64,000 bases of DNA. Origin: Nageia nagi. Taxonomy: Eukaryota > Plantae > Pinophyta. Below, piece by piece: positions 14,639 to 25,390 of this stretch. The stretch's first letter is position 1. Each line of letters starts with the position of its first letter. Below the pieces are notes generated by a model that did not search any database, had not been told where the DNA came from, and saw only the letters and a program-made list of their open reading frames with translations. The position numbers and the translations under genes are program-made. Where the stretch lies: the NCBI GenBank assembly GCA_050084985.1, contig JBITNC010000002.1, positions 26,040,001 through 26,104,000 of the forward strand, written 5' to 3'.

Positions 14639-16807
14639 TGTTGACCTATGGTGTTGTCATTATTGTCAAATGTTAGATTAAGATGTTGTCATTGTTGTCA
14701 ATAATACAAATAAGTCATAGTACCATAAGTGAGCAAGATTACTAGTTTCAAAGGAAGAACATAATACCTTATGCATACAAGTTATAGCCTTATGTAGATA
14801 ATTTATAGCTTATGTGATGTTAAATAAGCTTATGCAAATAAAATAAGGCTTATGCGATCAAAAAAAGGGTTATGTGGAAGTTAGGGCTCTTATGTGATGA
14901 AGAAAACCCTTATGTAGAGAGCACAAATCTTATGCAATAGACTCCAATCTTATACAGACAAGCAAGAGGCTTATACAAAGAGACTTATGCAGATAATAAA
15001 GGTCTAATGTGGAAGATAAAGTCCTTGTGTGATGCAATGAGGTCTTATGCGAATGAAAAAAACCTTGTGCAGTGATGAAGGTGTGTAGGAATTAACACTA
15101 ACAATGTAACTCCTAAACAACCAAGATCACATGAAAGCTCACAAATACATCTAACAAACTCACAAAGCAATCTCACAACACAAGATGTAAGTGGTTCCTC
15201 CAACTAGGAGTACATCCACTAACTAGATCTTTACTTCAATGACAAATACAACTATCATATAATCATCCTACTCTTTTCTGCTAACCACTATCCTATAACA
15301 TAACTTTACTCCACAAATTGGTGGTAATCACAAAGAGGGAGCCTTCTATTTATAGGCCAAAATCCCTCTTTGGATCACCCTTTTATCCATTGTACAAAAG
15401 CATGACATGCACATCTTTTTACTCAAAGGGCATGCTCATGAAATGGAGTGTAGGACAAGTTACATTATCATATTCACTTACATACTTAAGGTATCAAATG
15501 ATACCCTTAAGTATTAGTGAATTTACATAGAATATTATTACATAACCTTTACAATAATGCATTATACATTCCAACAAGGTGCTTATGTGGAATGCTTTAA
15601 ACAATAAGCAAAGGATTTAAGCAATGGAATATTAGCCTTATGCAAAATAAAATTTTCTTATGTGGAGGCATCATACGTTATGGGGAGAGTCACTATCCTA
15701 TGCAGATAATAAATCTTATGTGAATTATCACATGATTATGCAGATGTTAACATGCTTATGCAGATAAACACATGCTTATGCGAACAAATATATCCTTATG
15801 TGGAGTAGCAAGGTCTTATGTAGAGAAGCAAAGCTTTATGCAAAGGATTAAGTGTTTGTGTGGAAGATAAAGGATTATGTAGAGTAGTAAGGTCTTTTGT
15901 GAAGAATAAAGAGTTTATGTGATCAAACAAGGTCTTATGGGGGGAAGTGAAACCTTATGCATAGATTAAAAGTCTTATGTGGAAACTTTATGAGTTTAGA
16001 CAAGGGCTTATGTGGAGAAGCAAAACTTTGTGCACATATCAAAGACCTTATGCAGAGATAAGAAGCCTTATATAGAAACTCAAAGCATTTTATGGAGAGA
16101 ACTAACATTATGTGAAGACCTGATAAGTTGAAGGGATAGACATGTATATATTCCCATTGTTGGCATTCTAATATATAGTAGATATTTAGGTTATTCATAC
16201 AACATGTAGAGTTTACAGTTATAAGTTGTAGTTAAGGGGGTTGTAGATTGAGAATATGATTCAATTGTTGTTGCCACATGGCATACCAAGATATATGGAG
16301 AGATGTTGGAGTTGAGTGTGATTACATGAGCAGATTGCCATTGAAAAATAAATTATGACAAATTGACAATGAGGGCAAGATAGAGGCTATGAGGACTGAT
16401 TGCATATTTCTAACAAAGATAAATAAAGGTGAAAAATATTGAGCTAGACCAATGAGGGTCTTCTAGAATAGAGTTGGCAAGTTTGCCACAAAATTTGCTT
16501 CTATAATTAGTCAAGTTGATTGTTGGCCAAGGGAGGTGGTGCTCCTTCTAGTTGGTTATGATAAATTGATTGTAAAATTGATGCTTTGATTTGGCTGAAT
16601 TTGGATGGGATTCCAAGCAGTCTTACTTAGGAATGTAGCCACATTAGTGAACTTTTTTATATCTTGTGATATGTGATGCATTCTTATGGTGATTGTTCTA
16701 GTTGTTTTAATTAAGTACTATCTCATTTAAAGGATTAAGTTAAAGAACTAAGTTTTAATCTTTCACACTGATTCACCCCGCTTCTCAGTTTCACTTAGAG
16801 AATAACA
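14639..16807 (+). repeat. 3' LTR of element A (contains a solo LTR)
   Basis: tgttgacctatgg...gagaataaca; aligns to 1113-2842 once 15084-15581 is removed. Confidence 0.9.
15084..15576 (-). mobile_element. Solo LTR (D/E-related family) inside the 3' LTR of A
   Basis: tgtagg...ttccaaca; perfect TSD aggtg; the empty site gatgaaggtgcttatg is visible in the 5' LTR at ~1526-1541. Confidence 0.92.
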
Positions 16808-17479
16808 TCATCTTCATCATTTCTCCTCTCCTATACCTTTACATTGTTGTTTCATTAAAAACATGTTAATCTTGCAAGATTAAGCCTTTTTTTTTAAATG
16901 TTGGATGATCATATTCTCTTTTCCTACCATCCTTGGCATCTCTAGTGTTGTGTTATGTATGTGATTATTTGAATTAGGGATTTGGTTTAAGAAAAAGCTA
17001 AACTTGAAAAACTACCTTTAATTCAAGACTTGATTTAAGAAAAAGGTAGTAAAATTTGATTTCAAAGGATCCTAGTTAGTAAAAATAATTATACAAATAC
17101 AATATTAACTTAGGGGTCCCCTACAAAGAATAGTAGTACCTTATAGAAATGATGCTTATGCATATAAGACACATTATTAACAAATTTTTATTAAGTACTC
17201 AACATCAGCAATTGAATCAATGACATAAGAAAATATGAAATAAGAAGATTGCTTATGTTTACTATGTAATCAAGATAAATTAAGGATGAAAGTCATATAA
17301 TGCTATGATCAAATCATGAACATCCAAGGTAAATGGTATAATTTAACCAAAATAGAATCTTATGAAAATTATTGAAACAATTGGAAGAATGCCAAAAGAA
17401 ACTTGAATAAACCATCGAACCATTCTACATTATATATTCAAGCTATGTTATTCATAAGTTTGATTGACAACATCCTTTG

Positions 17480-17860
17480 AAGAGTGTGTTCATATTTATT
17501 AAAAATAATATAGAGTGATTTTCAATCTGATGTTGTTGTGATGAATGCTTTGATAGACATGTCTACTAAATTTGGGAATATATATAAGGCCCCTATAGTG
17601 TTTGAAAAAAATGTAGTAGATAAATATATAATTCAATGATTATAAGATATGTCTAGATTGGGCTTCTTAAGGAAATTAAAAATATTTTTAGGAAAATACA
17701 ACATAGAGACATAATCTTACATAATGTAATGATTTTAGGGTAAGGACATAATGGGTTTCTTGATGAGGCAATAAAACTTTTAACAATATACCTCAAAGAA
17801 ATGCAATCTCATGGAATGCATTGATCATAGAATATGCACAAAATGATCATGATTTGGAGA
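17480..17860 (+). pseudogene. Decayed PLS-class PPR fragments
   Basis: FQSDVVVMNALIDMSTKFGNIYKAPIVFEK and NGFLDEAIKL..PQRNAISWNALIIEYAQN. Confidence 0.75.
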
Positions 17861-17876
17861 CGATCAAATATACATG

Positions 17877-17985
17877 CCTATCTTGTGTAATCTTCCATAC
17901 CATGTATACATGTTTATATTATGTAATCTTCCATAATGTGTATACAAATATCTTGTGTAATCTCCCACACTATGTATACATGTTT
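17877..17985. repeat. Short degenerate tandem repeat (atcttgtgtaatcttccataccatgtatac, ~3 copies)
   Basis: Direct repeats visible between the two PPR blocks. Confidence 0.6.
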
Positions 17986-18039
17986 ATTCTTTGATGGTTG
18001 TTACAGTTATAATGTTCAACTTTACATTTGACAAATACA

Positions 18040-18830
18040 TCTACTTAAAATCCCCTAGTTCCTTCTCATAAAACCCAATTTTGTGCATATCTTGTGATCA
18101 TGCATCTTGTCAAACAATTTCTAATCCTTGTGTATTCTTCCACATTTTTCATAAATTTTTATCAGGGCATTCACAACCACAACATTTGATGAAAAATCAC
18201 TTTCAACTACTCTTTTATGGATGTCCATGCCTTCTTCAAGAGATCCCATGGTGGTACATGTTGGAAGAAAGCTAACAAAGGTTACCGAGTCTAGATTTAC
18301 ACTTGATAATTATATTTTATTAAAAGTATACAAGTCCTTCTCAAAAAACCCATTTTATACATATCTTATGATCATGCATCTTGTCAAACAATTCTCAAGC
18401 CTTGTGCATTATTTCAAATTTTGCATACATATCTATTAGGGCATTCAAAACCATAATATTTGATGAAAAAAAAGAATTCAACTACTCTTTGATGGATGTC
18501 CATACCTTTTTTAAGAGTTACCATAGTAACACATATTGGAAAAAAGTTGGCAAAGGTTACAAAGTCTAGTTTTACACTTGATAATCGTATTTGCTTAAAA
18601 GTATCTAGGGCCCTCTTAGAAAACTCATTTTATGCACATCATGTGATCATTGCAGTCCATGAGACTACATCTCAATGAGGTATCTTATCAAATAATGTGC
18701 TTGCCTTCTCTATGGTTCTAGATTTTGTAAACATATCTCCTAGTGTACTCACAACCATAAAATATGACAAAAATGTGCTTTTAAAGAGTCTTTAATGTGT
18801 GTATAAACCCTATTATGAATCTCCTAGTTT
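18040..18830 (-). pseudogene. Decayed PLS-class PPR gene, ~280-bp repeated blocks
   Basis: DSVTFVSFLPTCTTMGSLEEGMDIHKRVVESDFSSNVVVVNALIKIYEKCGRIHKD*KLFDKMHD, repeated; the frame continues across D as LDILRACTKLGD. Confidence 0.85.
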
Positions 18831-18835
18831 AGTGC

Positions 18836-21800
18836 TGAAGGATATAAGCCTAAATGACTAAATCCCTAATTTCCCAGATCATATGAAAGCTCTCTCAAAT
18901 TACTTAAGCATTAAGACTTAAATTCAAAGTAGTATTTACACAAGATGACACCAATATAAAGTGGTTCCTCCAACCACTAATCTAAGATCTTATATAAAAG
19001 AGCACTCTTTTATAACAACTCACTTTCTCACTTATCCTACAACCCACACAAGAGCATAACTTTACTACAAACTTGAGTGAATAACCAAGAGGGGAGGCCC
19101 CCTATTTATAGGGAAAAATCCTCCCTTGGATCATTCTTTTAACCAATATACAAATACTTAAAAAAAGTATCTATGGATACTTACAAGTATTATTGAATTT
19201 ACATGAATAAACCTTACAATAATGCATTACACATTCCAACACTCTCCCTTAATTCAATATTAGGGTAGAGTGAAGAGGAGAGAAGAAAGATAGAGTTCTC
19301 CTCCATAGAAATACAATCGAAGATGAGAATATTTATATCTTTGATAAATAAGCATGATCTTAGATTGAGGATCACTACTTTGTCATTTTATAAATGATTT
19401 ACAATACTATAAGCATTAACCATAACTTGTTTCATTGTACAAAGTAGTCATTCAACAACAAGTTAATGTGATGAGCCTTAATGAACTTGCCCACTCGAAG
19501 TAGGTAACATAGACTCTCAAGAAGAAACCTACATGCTACAAGTAACTCATACATAAAATTAGATAGATGTATTATATACACATTCATATCAACATAAGAT
19601 AAATGAATCAAGTAATTCCATCCATAAATTGATCAATGGTACACTATAAGTCATCACGAAGATGCCAAGCCAATACTCATAGTCACCTATTGTATAAAAA
19701 CATGTGTTGATCAACATAAAAAATAAAGCATAAGCATATACAAGTTCCTCACATATGAATAACTAAATAGTGCCAAAATGCACATAATGGTTCCTCATAT
19801 ATGGATAATTGAAATAGTGCTAGTAGAAGCGACCATAGGCTAAAAAATGTACAACTAGTTCCTTACATAGATCGAACTAAACACAAAGGCACACATAAAA
19901 AAGATTTACACTATACAGTCAAAACATTCTCCCATGGATAAAGTTATCATCACATAAATGAATTCAATAAGAATTCAACCTTCACTTCCCCTTGAGGGAA
20001 ACTTCACCAACTTAATAGATTCCCTAAGCTTGTAGAATTGAGCTTCAAGAAGGGGCTTGGTAAATAAATCAGCAAAGTTTAGGATTGATGTGCAATATTG
20101 CAATTATAAGATACCATCTAGAACCTTCTCCTTGATAAAATGTGCTTGTATTTCAACATATTTTGTTCTTTGATGAAAAATAAGGTTCTTTACTAAGGCA
20201 ATAATGGATTGATTATTTGAAGAAATTTAAGATGGGTGAGCTTGCTCATACCCAATTTCTTTCAAAATATGCCTCAACTAAATAACTTCCTGGGCCATGA
20301 TTGACATGGCTCGATATTTTTCCACTATGATAGAGAGAGAAGTATTTAGCTTCTTCTTGGAAACCCAAAAAAAACACCTAAACCAATGCTAAACACATAA
20401 GAAGACGTTGGTTTCTTGTCATCTTTATCTCTCCCATAGTAAAAATTTGAGTACCTTAAGTAAACAAATGAGGGCAACTTGGAATACTTGAGATCAAGAT
20501 CCTTCATTCTCAAAACATACTTCAATATTTGCTTAACAATATTGAAGTGTTCAACATACAATTTTTGCATAAACTATGCCATAAGATTTACTACAAAGGT
20601 AATTTCTAGCCTAAAGATAGTCAAATACAAAAGATTACCAATTAGTTGCCTATGAGATGTAGCATATGCCAACTAAGAGTTGGAGCTAAGAGTTAGAGTG
20701 ATTCTAAGAGAGATTAGGATCGTAACAAGTTTACACTCCTCCATTACAAACTTTTATAATATATCTGAGATATACTTGGATTGACTAAGGTAAGTACAAT
20801 GTTTGTATTGGTACACTTGCATACCAAGGGATTAGTATAAGAGACCAATATCATTCATTTCAAATGTTACCTTAAGTTTGGATATGCACTCTTGGATGAT
20901 TTTGTCATTATTTCTTATAATCAAAGATCATCCATATAGAGAATAGTCAAGACCAAGTATTGTCCTTGATTGAGAACATATAGATTTATATTAAAGAACC
21001 TAGAGAACCTAATATCCATAAAGTATGCTAAAATCCTTTTGTACCAAGCTCTAAGTGCTTGCTTAAGGCCATACAAGAACTTATTTAACTTACACATAAG
21101 GGACTCTTTCCCTTCAAGGACAAACCCCTTTGGTTGATTCATGTAAATCTCCACATCTAAGTCATCATTGAGAAAAGCACTCTTAACATCATGTTGAATA
21201 AACTTTCATCCCCAATTTGCTGAAAGAGTAAGCTAATTATGGGAATCTTTACCATTGGAGAAAAGGTTTCCTCATAATCAACTTCGTATTTCTGAGCAAA
21301 ACCCTTACTACTAACCTTGCCTTGTATTTCTCAATTTTCTCAATTGAATTATATTTGACTTTGTAAATCCAATTATTGCTAGTCATATTTTGTTCACAGG
21401 GATAGGGAACTAAGTCCCAAGTTTGATTTTTCATCAAAGCCTCATACTCCACTTTCATGGCTACCATCCAACATTCATGCTTTGAAGCTTCCTTGAATGA
21501 TGAGAGCTCATTCTTAATTTTAGCAAATAAGGATTTATTTAAGGTCATACTTCTCATTATCCTTTATGTTGGAGAATTTTGCTCCTAAGGTGATTTATCT
21601 ACACTGATATCGATCTAGTTAGGTGCAATAAAAGAATCATTAGGATCATCCACATCCTCATAAGAAGCAAATTCCTTAAAAAGTTAATTGAACTTTACAT
21701 CCCTCAAGATAAACACTGCTATGGAAGAAGAATAGAGCCTGTAGCCTCTATGTTGACTATCATAGCCCACAAAGATGCACTTTTTGGATCTCTTATCCAA

Positions 21801-23098
21801 CTTCTTTATTTTCTCATAAATAATAAAGGCATAGGAATCGCAACCAAAAACCCTAAGGTGAGATATGTTAGGTTTCTTTTTCATCCATGCTTCATACAAG
21901 GTTTTGCCTTCAACTGCTTTCGTGAGGCACCTATTTAGGGTGTAGATCGTAGTGCTCATAGCTTCACCCCATAAGAAACTAGGAAGATTTCCTAACATGC
22001 ACCTGCCATTTCCTGAATGATTTTATTCAATATAAAGGCTTTTTTGTTAGTAATATATTTTTATAAATAACATCTCAATATATAATAATAATAGTTTTTG
22101 TAAAATGCATTACCTTTTTTTTCAAAGAAAAAATAACAATAATATGTATATATTGTCAAAAACATTGCACACAAAAATTACAATTTTTTATTTTTATTTA
22201 TATACAAAAAATTTAATATTGTAATTTTTTTGCAAATTTATACTACTAACTAACAACCTTTTTTTAAAAGATTGCAACTAACAAAAATGTTATATTTTAC
22301 TAAAATTAATCTAACACAAAACATGTTAGTATAGTATGTTAAAAATGTACAACAATAATGTATTGTTACATTTAAATAAATTTTTACACCAAAAACTGTA
22401 ACTAACATGTAACCAAACAAATGTTAGTATCATTTAAAATAATCCAAAGGTAATAAAAGAGAGAGAGGTTATACCTTAAAATGGATTTTACCTCACCAAT
22501 GAAGTAGGAATAAGAGCTTTAAAATTGGAATAAGGAGCGGGAATGACCTCCAAGATGTTGAAGAGGACCCTCCAAGAATAGCTTTAGATACCAAATGAAG
22601 GAAACAAGCCTAAATGACTAAATCCCTAATTTTTCAATATCACATGAAAGCTCTTTCAAATTACTTAAGCATTAATACATAAACTCAAAGTAGCATTCAC
22701 ACAAGATGACACCAATATAAAGTGGATCCTCCAACTAAAGGAGTACATCCACTAATCTAAGATCTTATTCTCAAAGAGCACTCTCTTACAACAACTCACT
22801 TTCTCACTTCTCCTACAACCTAGACAAGAGCATAACTTTGCTATAAACTTAAGTGAATAACCAAGAGGGGAGGCCATTTATTTATAGGGAAAAATCCTCC
22901 CTTGGATCATCCTTTTAACCAATGTACAAAGTCATGACACACTTCACCCTTTTACCCAAGGGCCATGCCCATGAGATGGACTGTAGGACAAGTTACATTA
23001 TCTTATTCACAAATACTTAAAAGGTATCTAGGGATACTTTTAAGTATTAGTGAATTTATATGAAGAGACCTTACAATAATGCATTATACATTCCAAAA
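18836..23098 (-). mobile_element. Ty1/copia element D, internally deleted (no gag, protease or INT N-terminus)
   Basis: LTRs 22596-23098 (5') and 18836-19241 (3', with an internal deletion). Perfect TSD agtgc. PBS at ~22583-22595; PPT next to 19241. INT/RT/RH remnants at 19980-22030 are homologous to E. Confidence 0.9.
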
Positions 23099-23670
23099 AG
23101 TGCATGCTCTAAGGATGTCTAGAAAGGCGAATTTATATAATTAGAATATTGTTGGTGTTTGTTGCATTTAAGTAGGGGTTTCATTTAGTCATATAGTCTG
23201 TTAGAATTTGTAATGAAATATTGTGAATATCTAAACTCCTTCTAAATTCAATTAATCACTTAAAAGATATGTAGATACCTTAAGGGATTAATTGAATTCT
23301 TTATTATGTAGACTTTGACTTTACCATGTGGTTAGTTGGTAGGTTAAAGTTAGGTGATACATTTATTGTAACCTTAACCTTACCCTTGGGTTAAAGGGAG
23401 GTTAGGGAGGTGCTCTCAAGCTATAAATAGAGGGCCTCTCCTCTTGAAACATAACTAAGTTTTTGGAGTAAGATTACTCTACTAGTTGTGTAGGAGAGGA
23501 AGAGAATTGTTGTAAGAGGTGCATAGATTGAGAATAGAGAACTAGTTGTGGATGTACTCCCAAGGAGGGAGGAACCACATTATATTTGTGTTATCTTATG
23601 TATGATTGAGTTTCCTAGTCTTGGACCTTGAGGATTAGAGTAGGTCTTAATCCTTCAATTGGTATCAAAG

Positions 23671-23735
23671 TTTGGTGTGGAAGTTCTTCTTCTTAGTGTG
23701 GAAGCTCTTCTTCTTGGTGTGGAAGCTCTTATTCC
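23671..23735 (+). repeat. 21-bp tandem repeat right after the PBS of E (tggtgtggaagctcttcttct x3)
   Basis: Direct repeats; about 6 homologous units in F at 27495-27615. Confidence 0.85.
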
Positions 23736-24633
23736 TTCAATTTTAAGGTCTTGGTGAGGTAAATTCCAAGAGAAGGTATAAATTTCCTCCTCCTTTGGTT
23801 ATCTTATGGATTATTTCATTTTGATACTAACATTCTTTTATGATTATGTTAGTTCAACTCCTAGCAAACATTGCCTCAATAACATAATATATTATTGCTC
23901 ATTTTGTTTGTTTTACTAACAATCTTTTATGTTAAGTGATTGGGCAATAATACATTATGCAAAATTTGCAATTTGTATACTAACATTTTTTTTTATTAGT
24001 TGCAATATTGCTATTATTTTTTCTTTTACATACCTTTTATTCCTTTGATATTAAGAGGTCTTTATATGATCAAAATGGCAATAATATGTTATAGTTAAAC
24101 TTGATTTATTCTTATGACACTAACCCATTTTTTGAACTGTGTTAACTTTTTGTTATTTGCAAAATATGGGTAATTTTTTACTATCCTCTAGTAAACATGT
24201 TTAAGAGGTTAGTATATAGAAATAACATATTGTAAGCCATTTATTAAAAAGGGTGTATTTTCTTTAATATCTATATGATGAGAGCCATACAAAATAAATT
24301 TTACAAATTATTTTTAAATTACATCTCTCATCATAGCTATTTCGTAGCTTAAAAAAAAAGGAAAGGTATTTAAAAATAATCAAATAAGAATTTTGAATTT
24401 TGAATTTTTTGTATTGGTTGAAGAGAAGTGGGCTTCAGAAAATGATCCATGTAAGTGTTAAAAAAAAAAAAAAAAAAACCTAGATTATTTATTTCCTTTG
24501 CAAGCTTTACCACATCAATATTTGGTATAGTCATAATGTATATCAAGTTCGTACGGTGGAAATCTTATGGGATTAATATCCTTCTTATTACGTGGATTAA
24601 TATCCTTCTTATTAATATCCAAAAACTGCACCA

Positions 24634-24700
24634 CCTCTCGTAGCTGGTGGCTCCTCTCGTAGCTGGTGGCTCCTCTCAGAGCTGGTGGCTCCTCTCGTAG
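24634..24700 (+). repeat. 19-bp tandem repeat cctctcgtagctggtggct x3.5 in the leader of E
   Basis: Direct inspection. Confidence 0.85.
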
Positions 24701-24739
24701 CGGCCTCTATCGCATGATCGCCTCCAACTCCACGTCTGT

Positions 24740-25140
24740 GTAAACAAAATGCAAAAGTGAAAGGGGTGTACAAACTGTTTGACAAAATGCCTCCCCTAAC
24801 TGCAGTCTTTTGGCCTCTAATGATTGCAGGATACGTAACAAAACGGATACGTTGAAAGGCTCCTGCGACTTGTTTGACAAGATGCATGATGAAGCCAGAG
24901 TTTTATGGACTACACTAATCATAGGATATGCCCTAAATGGATACGTTGAAAGGCTCCACAAATTGTTTGACACGATGCATGATACAGACAAAGTTTCATG
25001 GACTGCAATGATCGTCGAATATGCACAACACGGATACATTGAAAGGGTCCATGAATTGTTTGACATAATGCATGGTGCAGATAGAGTTTCATGGACTGCA
25101 ATGATCATAGGATATGCACAAAATGGATACGTTGCAAAGA
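24740..25140 (+). pseudogene. Captured PPR (31-aa S/SS motif, 93-bp) tandem repeats inside the leader of E
   Basis: LFDKMHDEARVLWTTLIIGYALNGYVERLHKLFDTMHDTDKVSWTAMIVEYAQHGYIERVHELFDIMHGADRVSWTAMIIGYAQNGYVAK in ORF 24810-25223. Confidence 0.88.
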
Positions 25141-25186
25141 ACTACCATGGCTGCCATGTCCCATGTCTCTGTTTCTGCTTCAGACG

Positions 25187-25390
25187 ATGGCCAATCCTTC
25201 ATCTTCTTCCACGCATCGGTTGAATTCATCTGGTAAAGATTACATGTTCGATGTCTCAGAGTCAAACTCAAATGCCAACACCTACGTAAGGTTCATCCAC
25301 CACCATCGACCTCCTGGATGGAAGTTAGAGCGAGTGCTTTGGCGTATTCTGTCTTACCTACGACCTAAATCCTTCAATTGGGATTTCTAA
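25187..25390 (+). pseudogene. Probable captured N-terminus of a TIR-NLR gene in the leader of E
   Basis: MANPSSSSTHRLNSSGKDYMFDVSESNSNANTYVRFIHHHRPP and frameshifted ALAYSV resemble the Ser-rich leader plus YxVFINHRGPDVK...LA motif of conifer TNLs; recognised by eye only. Confidence 0.5.

Larger units (their letters stand above)
1113..16807 (+). mobile_element. Ty1/copia LTR retrotransposon A, SIRE/Maximus-like, no env ORF, degenerate, with three nested insertions
   Basis: Paired ~1.7-kb LTRs (1113-2842, 14639-16807). TSD tcctc/tcatc (1 mismatch). Met-PBS tagtatcagagc at 2845-2856. Gag start KTPLFGGTNYAF*KIKM with a long coiled-coil gag, then INT/RT/RH remnants. Multiple PPTs and a C-rich attcacccc LTR end. 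Confidence 0.9.

Noticed and set aside
25368-25381. aatccttcaattgg, matching the LTR-PBS junction inside the leader of E
   Set aside because: Only 14 bp with no further LTR homology; cannot be told from chance
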